DNA from: an uncultured Nitrososphaerota archaeon
GTDB lineage: Archaea; Thermoproteota; Nitrososphaeria; Nitrososphaerales; Gagatemarchaeaceae
Length of the DNA stretch: 64,000 bases
NCBI GenBank assembly: GCA_963718895.1
Contig: CAVRAG010000007.1
Span: forward strand, 448,001 to 512,000
Reading direction: 5' to 3'
Position numbers and translations under genes: made by a program. Position 1 is the first letter of the stretch. Every line of letters begins with the position of its first letter. Shown in pieces: positions 28,865 to 38,726 of this stretch. The notes beneath the pieces were generated by a model. It was not told where the DNA came from, ran no database searches, and saw only the letters and a list, made by a program, of their open reading frames with translations.

Positions 28865-30138
28865 ATGAAGATCACACCGAGGGTGATGACCCAACGACCC
28901 GAAGGGCACTGAAACTCAGCACCAGTCGAGCGCTGCGCGAAGTAGGCTGGTCGGTCGTCATAGTCGGTGTCCTCACCTCCGGCCTCACCGCCTGGATCCT
29001 GATACCATCGATTGGCTCCACGCTCAGCTCTAATCTGACAACTTACGCCAACGGCGTGGGCACCTACATCTCTGTGGAGGGAAGCGGGGGCGCGGTCCCC
29101 CAGAGTACGATACGCAACATCTCGGCCATCCCAGGCGTCCAGGAGGTCTACCCATTCGTCGTCAATGGGACCTACTTCGTGGTCCACAACTTCAACACCA
29201 CCCTTGGTACCGGGCAATGGCATGTAATCCCCCTGGCCAGCTTCGGGGTTTCAAGCGTGCTCGTTGGCGGACCTGGCGGTTTCCCTCCTGCTCTGCTCAC
29301 CCTCTCCTCAGGCAAGGCTCCGGGAAACGAACCAGCTTTCGCCTTCGAACCCTACTTGGAGGATTCACAACCTCCCCAAACCGATGTCCAACTCGGAGTC
29401 GCCCAGGAGGTGGCAATCGGGTGCGGGGCCTGCGCCAATGTCAGCATAGTCGGTTCGCACTTTAACGCCACAGCAGTTGGCGAGGTAGCAGTAAATCCGC
29501 TATTCAGCGACATAGCCCTCTTCTGGAACTCCACGTTCATGATGAACCACCTCGGGCCGCAGCTGTACCAAGAGGAGTGGGGGAGCAACAGGAGCAACTA
29601 CCTGATAGTCAAGGTGGACAGCGTGGCCGACGTCCCGAGGGTGGGGAGCGCCATCGGCCAGCTACTCCCTCCTCCCTTCCAAGCCAACTACGACCAGGTC
29701 TTCGCCCAGGACGCCCAGAGCTTCGTGACCCAGACGGCCCCCCTGTATGAAATCATCGGGCTCATCTCCCTGGTCGCGGTCATTGCGATAACGTTCCTGG
29801 TGTCCCATCTGGTCGCGGGCAAGAGGAGCTGGGAGGCGGGGATGCTGCTGACCCAGGGGTGGAAGTGGAGGGAGCTCTACTCTCTCTTCTCGTACTACTT
29901 CCTGATGCTCTCAATAGTATCGTTTGCCTTGGCCGCCGTCATCTCCGTGGCCGCCAGCCACTTCTTCACCTCCACCTACTACATCTTCGCCCAGCAGGTG
30001 ACTGTCACGGCCGCAGCCGACCCGTTCTACGTGGTCACCGGCCTCCTACTGGCCATACTGATGTCCCCGTTCGCCTCCTGGACGGTCGTCCGAAGACTAA
30101 AGAGGATGGGGCTCGACGGAATCCTGAGGGCGTACTAG
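28865..30138 (+). CDS. Second MacB/FtsX-type permease (paralog); 5' end frameshifted or read-through
   Basis: REVGWSVVIVGVLTSGL, LIVKVDSVADVPRV, KRSWEAG..QGW, KRMGLD. Confidence 0.85.
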
Positions 30139-30139
30139 C

Positions 30140-30757
30140 ATGATCAAGCTCGAAGGGGTCTACAAGAACTACGGCGCCATCAGGGTGCTTGAGGGGATTG
30201 ACCTGCAGGTCGAGGAAGGAAAGCCGCTCTGCCTTCTGGGAAGGAGTGGCTGCGGAAAATCAACCCTCCTGAAGCTCGTCGCGCTGATAACGAGGCCGGA
30301 CAAGGGAACCCTGACCATCGACGGCAACGACGTAACCAAGATCAGCGACCCGGAGATGGATGAGTTGAGGAGGGAGAAGGTGTCTTACACCTTCCAGGAG
30401 CCACTCCTGATCCCGTACATCACCGCGCTGGAGAACGTCACAGAGGTCACCGGGGCGCCGAAGGAGAAGGCGGTGGAAGTGCTGACCCAGCTCGGCCTCG
30501 GAGACAGGCTGAGCCACCACCCAGCGAAGCTGAGCGGAGGGGAGAAGAAGAGGGTGGACGTGGCTCGGGCCATACTGAGGAACACTCACATCCTCGTGGC
30601 GGACGAGCCTCTCTCCAATCTGGATCCGGAGACAGGTGAGAAGGTGATGGCGTTGCTGAAGGCGCACGCTGAGAGGGGCGGTATCCTCGTCTACTCGTCC
30701 GTGGAGCCCTCGGAGACGAGGTACGCAGCCCAAGTCATGAATATGGAGCGCAAGTAG
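30140..30757 (+). CDS. ABC transporter ATP-binding protein (LolD/MacB-like)
   Basis: GRSGCGKS, LSGGE, VADEP. Confidence 0.92.
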   Translation: MIKLEGVYKNYGAIRVLEGIDLQVEEGKPLCLLGRSGCGKSTLLKLVALITRPDKGTLTIDGNDVTKISDPEMDELRREKVSYTFQEPLLIPYITALENVTEVTGAPKEKAVEVLTQLGLGDRLSHHPAKLSGGEKKRVDVARAILRNTHILVADEPLSNLDPETGEKVMALLKAHAERGGILVYSSVEPSETRYAAQVMNMERK

Positions 30758-30920
30758 CTTCTCTCGAGCAGAAGCTGCGAGAGAGGATGGCCAGAGACGA
30801 CTAGCGAGAGCAACAATTGAGATAGATAGTGAACTAGAGAAGGGTGCGTCGCTGTGCAGAACGGGCAGTCCGTGCAGCGCTGTGCAGTCGTTAGATCCTT
30901 GTGCAATTCGGGAGAATCTC

Positions 30921-32144
30921 TCAAAGAAGCTGTAAGACGCTCGTCAGTGAATCACTGCACGCCTTCTCCGACTCCGGGTCGCCGTTCACGAGCATAAGAG
31001 GGGTGGTCACTCCCCTGAAGCCCTTCACTCCGTCTTGAGGTATCACGGTAGCCCAGATCCTGCCATTGGCGAGGTTCTCCACGAACAGTATCAGGGGCTT
31101 GCCCTCCTTCGTCGCCAGCCTCAGCTCTGCGACCAGCTTGGCCCGGGGTATCCACCTCTGCTTTGCCGAGCCCTGCTCCGACAGGGTCAGCGCCTTGAAT
31201 GCGGCGATGGACCTCACACTCCCGTCGTCTTCCAAGAAGAGCAGGTCAGGCGCTCCGTGAAGGAGACTAACTTTGCAGTTCTTACCAAGATTTCTCAGCT
31301 TCTCATGGAAGCGCATCAGGGCCTGGTTGCCCTTCTCCCTGTTCGCAAGACCGTCCTCCCTCGTCAGCCTGTGAGGAGGGTCAATAGCGACGGTGGCACT
31401 CGGAAGCAAAGCCGGCTGGGACTTATCGGCTCCAAGTAGCGCTTGGTTCTCCTGTTCCGGATTCCAACTGATTTCGCCGAGTTCTTCTTCGACGATTTCT
31501 GCCCTTTCTACTAGGGATTCCAGGTTGCTGGATACCCGATTGATTATCGCCGCATCGTTCTTGTGCACGTCGGCCCATCTTTGATAGCTCCTCAGCACAT
31601 GATCAATCACCGAGTTTTCGTGTCTCAGCTCAAAAAGAACAGAGTCGACCGTTGGGATATTGTCAACTATGGAATGCTTCAGATCCTGGAACGCCGCGGC
31701 GAGTTTCGAGCTCCTCTCGTCAGCGGAAGTCCTATCGACCTTTGCGGCCTCCTGCAGCTCGCTGATTTGCTTCTGCATGGGAGCGAGCACCTCATCGACC
31801 CTCTTCGCCACCAGCTCTATGATGTTCACCCTCTCCATCTGGACGCGCTGCGAATGGTCGAGCATCCTGTGGTACAGCCCCCAAGAGAAGACGAAGGAGA
31901 AGAGCAGCACCGGAATCCAAACGACTAACAGGATCGGACCCTGAAAGACGCTCGAACTCCGCGCGACCCCGCCGAAGATGACCTCCATGAGGTAAGCGGC
32001 TATGAGCGAGAGGGTAACAACGGCGATGAGCCTCCTCATGGTCTCAAGCAGGGTCTGCCGAGAGAAGTGCGTCGTCACGTCCAGAGTCACATAGGCGACC
32101 ACGTACAGGACCGCCCAAGTCGACAGATCATCGACGATGGCCAT
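30921..32144 (-). CDS. Three-TM, coiled-coil protein with putative C-terminal restriction-endonuclease-like domain
   Basis: Hydrophobic N-terminus, heptad region, GAPDLLF..IAAFK. Confidence 0.65.
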   Translation of the reverse strand: MAIVDDLSTWAVLYVVAYVTLDVTTHFSRQTLLETMRRLIAVVTLSLIAAYLMEVIFGGVARSSSVFQGPILLVVWIPVLLFSFVFSWGLYHRMLDHSQRVQMERVNIIELVAKRVDEVLAPMQKQISELQEAAKVDRTSADERSSKLAAAFQDLKHSIVDNIPTVDSVLFELRHENSVIDHVLRSYQRWADVHKNDAAIINRVSSNLESLVERAEIVEEELGEISWNPEQENQALLGADKSQPALLPSATVAIDPPHRLTREDGLANREKGNQALMRFHEKLRNLGKNCKVSLLHGAPDLLFLEDDGSVRSIAAFKALTLSEQGSAKQRWIPRAKLVAELRLATKEGKPLILFVENLANGRIWATVIPQDGVKGFRGVTTPLMLVNGDPESEKACSDSLTSVLQLL

Positions 32145-32340
32145 CCCCGTTCCCCTCCTCGATCTCCAGGAGGCGCAACCAAAGGCAGACTTTTACGACG
32201 AAATCTTCAGCGTCTATCCAATCGTCTTCCATGGCGATGAGAAGCTTCAGGGCGGTGGGAAGGCGGCTTCTGGAGCTGAACTCCTTGAAGTGCCTCAAGC
32301 AGAGCATCTTTGTCGTTCTTGCTTCCAGTCCCACTCGCAA
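32128..32340 (-). CDS. Small hypothetical protein
   Basis: Overlaps the start of 30921-32144; TATA-like ttatata upstream. Confidence 0.4.
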   Translation of the reverse strand: MRVGLEARTTKMLCLRHFKEFSSRSRLPTALKLLIAMEDDWIDAEDFVVKVCLWLRLLEIEEGNGDGHRR

Positions 32341-32450
32341 GCATCACCCCTATCACGATTATACCCGATATTCATGGTATATAACATTTATGACCGAAAA
32401 TGCTGGCATAATCTTATATTCTGGAGCGGCAAGCGCATGCCATTAGAAAC

Positions 32451-33194
32451 ATGCCAGAAGAGACCCTCGTAGTCAACGGAAAGGAATACCTCTACTTCTC
32501 ATTCTACGATTCTGCGACCAAACAGAAGAAGCGGCTATACTGCGGACCGAAGTCCGACCCCGAGGCCAAAAAGAGGGCGGAGCTGTTCGAGGAAAGGCAC
32601 AAACTGGGCCAGCAACGAAGAAAAACGACGATCGGGCGTTATCTTAGAATCATGAGTCTGGGGGCCGAGGCCGCCATTTACAATACGGACGAAAGCAAGC
32701 AAGCTATCCAATGCCTGGTCGATGCTTTTCCTGATCTCCAGTGGGTCGGGGGTGACTACACGGCCCTGTTCGGATGGCTCAACGGGGATGAGCGGATGCT
32801 CGACAGGCTCGAAGGAGTTCGCCAGAAACTGCAGGATGACATGAAGAACATACAGGACGTCGAACCAAACTTCAGGGAATTCCTTCGAGAAGCATACCCC
32901 GATTGGTTCAACCACGTCAGATATCGGAAGAGCGAAGATGAGCAGGAGAGGCCTGAACGGGATCCCGCATGGAAGTACCACATTGACCAGAGCCCGGGCA
33001 ACATCGTTCTCGAGATGCTCAAGGGCGGAATCGACGCACACGAACACGCTCTGATGCGAATCGACACCTCTCTGGGAATCGCGCGCAACAACCATCTGGA
33101 CGCGATTGTCGAAGCAATCGAATTCCTAGGCCTCACGAAAGCAATTACAGACTCAAGAGCGGTCTTTCGGGAGGCGCTTGAACTTGCGGCCTAG
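32451..33194 (+). CDS. Hypothetical protein with N-terminal beta-sheet DNA-binding-like module
   Basis: VVNGKEYLYFSFYD..KKRLYCGP. Confidence 0.65.
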   Translation: MPEETLVVNGKEYLYFSFYDSATKQKKRLYCGPKSDPEAKKRAELFEERHKLGQQRRKTTIGRYLRIMSLGAEAAIYNTDESKQAIQCLVDAFPDLQWVGGDYTALFGWLNGDERMLDRLEGVRQKLQDDMKNIQDVEPNFREFLREAYPDWFNHVRYRKSEDEQERPERDPAWKYHIDQSPGNIVLEMLKGGIDAHEHALMRIDTSLGIARNNHLDAIVEAIEFLGLTKAITDSRAVFREALELAA

Positions 33195-33205
33195 CTCGTT
33201 ATCAA

Positions 33206-33514
33206 TCACTCAGTCGACGTTGACTCTGACTCATGTACTCTCGTACTCTTATTCAGCATTTCTGAAACGACCTTTCTTGTGCCAGCTTTGGCCCATTCCA
33301 CTTCCTCGTTGATCTGCTTTCTGCTCTTTGTCTGCTTTTGCAGTTTAGACGTCGTCGCTTCGAGCCTGCCGAGCCTTTCCTCCCCGTAAAGCATCTGCTT
33401 GATGGCAAACCGGATGAACTCGCTCTTCGTAGCGTACTCTCCGGCTTCGACCAGCATCTCTATCCTCTGCGAGTCTTTGTCAGGAAGGTTCAGGAGCAAC
33501 TTGCTTCCCATCAT
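33206..33514 (-). CDS. Ribbon-helix-helix (CopG/Arc-like) antitoxin or regulator
   Basis: LNLP...IEMLVEAGEYATKSEFIRFAI. Confidence 0.8.
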   Translation of the reverse strand: MMGSKLLLNLPDKDSQRIEMLVEAGEYATKSEFIRFAIKQMLYGEERLGRLEATTSKLQKQTKSRKQINEEVEWAKAGTRKVVSEMLNKSTRVHESESTSTE

Positions 33515-33551
33515 CTATCACGTATAGGTAATGCATATACTTTACATATAT

Positions 33552-33965
33552 TTATGCCTTCAGAAGCTCCCTGGTCTTCCAGACCTTGAACCTTCCCTTC
33601 ACAACGTCGAAGTCTTTGTCGCTCGACCAGATGCCATCATGGTCCTTTAGGGTCAAGGCCAGAGCGACCAGAGGGATATCCGACTTGTCCCTCTTGCCTA
33701 TGAGCTCGTTGGCCTCGTTCAGTTTGCTCTCGATGATATCGTTGTTCGCGACCAGCACGGGCATCGACCTGATCAAGGCTTGAGCCTCAGAGCTGCCCAG
33801 CCGTCTCTTCGTGGTAACGATCCTGTAGATCTCCGCTAGAGTGAACTCGGTCGTGACGAATATGAGGTCGCCGGAGAAGAGAACCCTGTTCTCGAGGCCC
33901 CTGTATACCAGCGCGGAATAGAGCACCGTTGCATCCGCGAGCAGGACGCGAGGTCTGTAGGTCAT
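33552..33965 (-). CDS. PIN-domain (VapC-like) ribonuclease
   Basis: LADATVLYSAL, TLAEI, RDKSDIPLVALA, IWSSDKDF. Confidence 0.85.
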   Translation of the reverse strand: MTYRPRVLLADATVLYSALVYRGLENRVLFSGDLIFVTTEFTLAEIYRIVTTKRRLGSSEAQALIRSMPVLVANNDIIESKLNEANELIGKRDKSDIPLVALALTLKDHDGIWSSDKDFDVVKGRFKVWKTRELLKA

Positions 33966-33975
33966 GTGAACCCAC

Positions 33976-35211
33976 TCACGTCGGAAGTTTGACCACGACT
34001 TCGGAGTCCGGCAGCTGAGCGATGTACTCCCATCCCTGGCTTATGTGCGACTTCAGCTCGCCGACCGGGATCACCTTCTGCCTGTTCCCGTTGTTCGCCA
34101 TAGCCCCCAGCAGCCTCTCCCTGACCATCTTCTGGAACTCCTCGTCCGACGTGTCAGCGAAGTTGATCTTCTCGATCTCCTCGGGCTTGAAGCCGGCGAC
34201 GAGCAGGAGCTGCTCCTTCAGCTCGCTCTTGACGTTCGCCTTCTCCTGGTGCAGGATGGTGAGCGTGGGTATGCCCTTCGCATACTCCGCCATCAGTTCG
34301 TCGTTGGACGGCTTCATGTAGCTGTTTGAGACCCCTATGGAGTGTCCCATCAGTAGCTCGGTTATGATCGGCCTGACCCCGGCGACCTCCATCCTCGTCT
34401 TGAAGAACTTCCTGAAGCCGTGCACCTGCTGGAACTCGTGACGCAACCCCTCCTTGTCCGACCTCAGCCCTATGCGCGCGTAGAGCCGCCCCAGCTGGTC
34501 TCTCAGCGTCTTCGAGGTGACGGGCGCAGCCTTCGACGGGTCTTTGGCGCCCTTGTAGGTCCCCCAGTCGTCTCTTATCAGGGGGCTCTCGGGACCCACC
34601 TGCTCGCCGGCCTTCTCTCTCATGGCCCGGTACTCCTGCAGGTACTTGTAGCACTCCGGCGTCATGAAGGAATGGTACTGTTCGTTCTCCCCGTGGTACA
34701 CGGTAAGCTTGGCGAACTCGTAGTCCCCCAGCCTGACGGGCTCGAGGTCGCGCCACTTGAGCCAGTCGAAGGCCCCCATGCGCACGCCGCTCGAGGTCAG
34801 AACGAGGACGACGCACTTCATGCGCAGGTCGCAGCTGTCGAGGATCTTCCTCAGCTCGTCGGGAGTAGGCGCCCGGTCTGAGCCGTACCTCCTCGTGGGA
34901 GGAAGGATCTTGCCGATGCGGACCCAGTTGAGCGTGTCGGAGTCGTTCATCGACAGGAAGAGCCTAAGCGCGACCCTGAAGATGCGGATCGTGTGCCCCG
35001 AGACCTGCTCCTTCCGTGCCTGGATGTAGGAGGAGACGAGCCGTTCGGCCTTGGCGGGACTCTTCTTCGCTATGGCGACAAAGTCATCCGGTTTGACGCC
35101 GCAGGAATCGAAGAACATCCTGAGCTTTATGAGGTAGTTCTCCTCCGTCTGGTCGTTCCTGAAGGCCCGCTTCAGATTCTCGATAGACCGTCCTTCTAGC
35201 CCGTGCGACAT
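33976..35211 (-). CDS. Tyrosine recombinase/integrase
   Basis: SSGVR (R), HGFRK (HxxR), LMGH, SNSY; start at MSHG 35211. Confidence 0.93.
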   Translation of the reverse strand: MSHGLEGRSIENLKRAFRNDQTEENYLIKLRMFFDSCGVKPDDFVAIAKKSPAKAERLVSSYIQARKEQVSGHTIRIFRVALRLFLSMNDSDTLNWVRIGKILPPTRRYGSDRAPTPDELRKILDSCDLRMKCVVLVLTSSGVRMGAFDWLKWRDLEPVRLGDYEFAKLTVYHGENEQYHSFMTPECYKYLQEYRAMREKAGEQVGPESPLIRDDWGTYKGAKDPSKAAPVTSKTLRDQLGRLYARIGLRSDKEGLRHEFQQVHGFRKFFKTRMEVAGVRPIITELLMGHSIGVSNSYMKPSNDELMAEYAKGIPTLTILHQEKANVKSELKEQLLLVAGFKPEEIEKINFADTSDEEFQKMVRERLLGAMANNGNRQKVIPVGELKSHISQGWEYIAQLPDSEVVVKLPT

Positions 35212-35273
35212 GGTTCCCGGCGGGATTGGGGCTGGAAACGTATAAAAATGTGGTGTTTGAGCGTATAGATAAG

Positions 35274-35390
35274 CGCCGGGAGTGGGATTTGAACCCACGA
35301 CCCCACTAAAGGAGACAGGCTCACTAGCGTGAAAGCTTCCAGGCTTACGCAAACGCTGATCTGCGCCCTTCCAGGCTAGGCGACCCCGGC
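35274..35390 (-). tRNA. tRNA-Ser(GGA) with two introns (29/30 at 35345-35360; 37/38 at 35322-35336)
   Basis: Acceptor GCCGGGG/TCCCGGC, G73, T-arm GTGGG-TTCAAAT-CCCAC, long variable arm; splicing gives CAGGC-CTGGAAA-GCCTG; both introns form BHB-type motifs; TTTAAG box ~25 nt upstream. Confidence 0.9.
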
Positions 35391-35584
35391 AGGAGGCCCC
35401 CTACGAACCTCGGCTTAAATGTCTGGGGGGTGCAACATGGGGTGCGATGGTTTGATGGGGCCCGAACCCGGAGGGATGGACGTCCGTCTGCAGGTCCGTG
35501 CAGAGGATCCTCGACCCCCGGGCCAGCAAGGGCAAGTTGGAATCGAACCGCCCGCCGCGCTCCCCCCGAAGAAAGGTTAGGGGT

Positions 35585-36007
35585 TCAATCGTCAGCGACT
35601 TCCAACACCATCTCGGTTCTATCTTCAGTCTCGGTGAGTCTCCCACAGTTGAACTGCCTGCACTGGGTAGGCCTCCTGTCTCGTTCGATCACGCAGCCGG
35701 ATTGAGGATTGTGGTACTGACACCACTCAGGGTCGATACCCTTGGCAAGAAGAGCATCCCACTGCGCTTCGTGGCCTTTCATGTGGACTTCCAACGGGTC
35801 GAACAGTGGTTCAACACCGTACTCCTCAGGGTGATCATGAAAACCTCGCGCCCATTCTTCGAACGAAGAAGGTCTGTCACGGGTGATGTCTTCGTCTCTG
35901 GCGTAGATCCTGCAGCAGGAGTGCGTCGGACACTCTCTGCATGTCTTCGCGTTTTCGTACTCCACGAGCGTTATGGTCGACGCGTCCCGTTGCTGTGAAG
36001 CGCTCAT
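35585..36007 (-). CDS. YkgJ-family cysteine-cluster protein
   Basis: CRECPTHSCC, WCQY..GCVI..RPTQCRQF. Confidence 0.75.
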   Translation of the reverse strand: MSASQQRDASTITLVEYENAKTCRECPTHSCCRIYARDEDITRDRPSSFEEWARGFHDHPEEYGVEPLFDPLEVHMKGHEAQWDALLAKGIDPEWCQYHNPQSGCVIERDRRPTQCRQFNCGRLTETEDRTEMVLEVADD

Positions 36008-36049
36008 GCCGATCCACCCGCAGCCCTAGTGCGTTGAGACGGTGCCACA

Positions 36050-37085
36050 TCAGAAGCCTTCAGGTATGTCGGACTCGTCAGATTCCTTGTGCTCTGACGC
36101 CTTCTTCCACATCTTCGGATAGGTCCCCTGGTCCATCATGACCCGCTTCACCGGGAAGGCAATCCCCTTCTTGGCTGCCCTGAGCACCTCCTCCGTGCTC
36201 ATCGAGGCCTCGGCTATGGCCACGAGCTCGCCCTTGGCAGACAGGAGGACGACCGTCTCGCCCTTCTCGATCCCCGTGGAGAGCGAGAGGATGCCCGGTA
36301 CCGCGAGCATCGCCCCGTGGCAGACCGCGTCCACCGCCGCGTCCTTCACCACGACCCTCTTGATCCCTCCGAGGCTGCTCTCGATGGGCCAGACGACGGA
36401 CCTGCGTATCCGGGACTCGTCGCCCGTTCCTTCATCCTGCAGACGGCGTGTAGAGGTCGTGCAGCGTGACGAAGCCCCTCTCCTCGGTCAAGGGTCCCAC
36501 CTTCGTCCGCCGAAGCTCGACCATCGTCGCGCCGACGGCGAGCACCTCCCCCATGTCGTAGATCAGCTTCCTGATGTAGGTCCCCGCCTGGCAGAGGCAC
36601 CTGATCAGGAAGAGGTTCCCCTTCTGCTCGAGGATCTCCATCTCGTAGATCCTCCGGCTCCTGACCTGCCGCTTCACCGAGGAGCGCTGCGGCGGCCTCT
36701 GGAATATCTCGTCCGTGAACTCCTGCGACGACGCGGTCCACCTCCTCCCGCGGGACGGAGGAGTGGATCCTCATCACGCCGACGTACTCCTTCGGGAAGA
36801 GGAGGAGGAGGCCGAGGGCCTTGGTCGCCCTGGCCCAGCCCGATCGGCAGGAGCCCAGAGACCCCGGGGTCGAGGGTGCCGCTGTGCCCCGCCTTGTCGA
36901 TCCCCGTCAGCCGCCTCACCCACGACGACCTCCTCGTGGCTCGTGGGACCGCGGGTCTTGTCGAGAGGGATGAGGCCGTAGTTGAGGTAGAGCGTTGATC
37001 GGTCTCTTCGCCGGCTCCGAGCCGTGGCTGCGGTCGGTCGGCTCCTCGGCTACGGTACCATCTCCCGATTCTCCGGCTGGGGTCA
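36050..37085 (-). CDS. cbf5: H/ACA pseudouridine synthase Cbf5 (frameshifted)
   Basis: KAGHSGTLDP, CQAGTYIRKL, ELRRT, PUA domain DAAVDAVCHGA. Confidence 0.9.
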
Positions 37086-37664
37086 AGAGCGTCTTATCGC
37101 TGCTGATGTAGTCCATTGATCTCCTTGGCAACCTTCTCGGCGGCGACTCCGTCCGTCCCGACGACCAGCTGGAACGGCGAGAGGTCCCTTCCGAACTCGA
37201 TTCCGTAGAGGCTTCTTGTAGAGCACGTAGTTCTCCCTGTCCCTCTTCTCGATCATCTTGAGCGCACTCCTCTGGGGAGGAGGAGTCGCGCTTGGCCATC
37301 CTCTCGGCCCTGCTCTTCGGATTGCCCGAGAGCCAGACCTTGACGCCCTCCTTGGTGAGCCACGGGAGGGTGTAGCTGGTGATGACCACGTTCCCCTTCT
37401 CGCCCTTCTTGAGGAGGCGCCTGTCGACCTCCTTGTCGAACTTCGGGGAACCCGCTCCTCCTCCATGAACTTCATCCCCTCCGTCGGTGTCCCACCAGTC
37501 GTCGCCCGCCGCGTTGTACCCCTCCTCGAGGGCTATCTCCTTGAGGATGTCCCCGCCGCCGACGAGCGTGAAGCTTGAGCTTCGAGGCGATCGATCTTCG
37601 CGACGGTGGTCTTACCCACGGCGGGCATTCCGCAGAGCATTATGATCTGCATCCAAGGCTCCAT
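37083..37664 (-). CDS. cmk: Cytidylate kinase (frameshifted)
   Basis: GMPAVGKTT, VVITSYTLPWL; conserved position upstream of cbf5. Confidence 0.8.
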
Positions 37665-38143
37665 CACGTTGGGAGGTGCCCAGGAGCTTGCTCAGCAGGG
37701 TACAGAACGAGAGGGACGAGAGGAAGTACCACCAGATCAGGACCATGGTCCCGCTGGAGACGATGAACGGGATGGGAAGCGGCGAGTGGCGCCACGGCGA
37801 CGCAGATGCTGAGGACCTCCGAGCTGCTCCAGCCATGAAGTAGTAGACGAGCGATGAACGGGAGCCAGGTGACTATGAGAACCTTGAACCGCCCCGTCGA
37901 GGCCTTGAGCTTCATCTGGTCCATCTGGGGCTTCTTCTTCTTGAGCTTCTCCTCCTTCTCCTTGTCCTTCTTCTGTATCGCTTGCCTGAGCTCCTTGTCG
38001 AAGGCCGCCGTCTCGGCCCTCAGCCTCCTCTCCTTCTTCAGGTCGACCAGGAGCCTCGTGGCGACGTTGGACATGAAGCCGAGCCCGATCGCGGTGAGAG
38101 TGACTAGGATGGTCGACTCGGGGATACCGAGGGGCAGGCTCAC
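37664..38143 (-). CDS. EMC3/TMCO1 (DUF106) Oxa1-superfamily membrane protein (frameshifted)
   Basis: TM, Lys-rich coiled coil, WWYFLSS; position between adk and cmk. Confidence 0.8.
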   Translation of the reverse strand: MSLPLGIPESTILVTLTAIGLGFMSNVATRLLVDLKKERRLRAETAAFDKELRQAIQKKDKEKEEKLKKKKPQMDQMKLKASTGRFKVLIVTWLPFIARLLLHGWSSSEVLSICVAVAPLAASHPVHRLQRDHGPDLVVLPLVPLVLYPAEQAPGHLPT

Positions 38144-38726
38144 TTGGTCGCACTCCTCACAATCGCCGCGTATCTGTTCCGCGGCTTCATCAGACTTTCC
38201 CTCCTCGTTCTGGATGAATGACATCGGGGCGCCGCTGACCAGCGAGGCCGCTGAGAGGAAGCGTCCTAGCGAGCGTCAGCTCCGCAGCAGACCTCGTCCT
38301 CGGTTATCTTGTCCCTGTACCTGGTCTTGTCGTTCTCTCGCCTGCGAGACGTATCTCCGCAGGGGCGGCCTCGATGAGCATGAGGTGCGTCGGCTTCAGG
38401 GCTGGATGACGGCCGAGGGGAAGCCCGGGCCAGAAGCCCTCGGGGGTCCTGATGAATAGGTGCGTGTCGATGAAGACGACCTTGCCCCTCCCGCGGCTTA
38501 TCTTCGCGCGGCGGCGCGTCCTGGAGGCTGCTTCTGCTTCTCGACGGGGAGCTTCCGCATCTCGTCCCTGTGCTTCACCCACTTCAGCCTCCTTCGCCGC
38601 GTCGAACATGCAGTCCCGAAGACTGGACGGCGGCGCCCTCGATGGCCTCGACTGACTTCTGGCCACGACGGTGCTCTTCCCCACCCCGGCGATCCCGACG
38701 ATGACTATGCGGAGACCCATGGGCAT
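38140..38726 (-). CDS. adkA: Archaeal adenylate kinase (frameshifted)
   Basis: GIAGVGKST, IDTH..RTPEGFWPGLP. Confidence 0.85.

Larger units (their letters stand above)
15384..35290. mobile_element. ~19.9-kb tRNA-Ser(GGA)-integrated mobile element
   Basis: 18-bp direct repeats at both ends, tyrosine integrase next to the tRNA, toxin-antitoxin pair, VirD4-like ATPase, lower-GC cargo. Confidence 0.9.

Noticed and set aside
35212-35352. Integrase ORF extends through the tRNA, as in SSV-type split integrases
   Set aside because: In the reconstructed attP the same frame meets TAA at the edge of the core, so no N-terminal fragment joins; ATG 35211 gives a complete integrase.
35540-35565. T-loop-like GGTTCGATTCC on the minus strand upstream of tRNA-Ser
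   Set aside because: The T-stem does not pair and no cloverleaf can be built.
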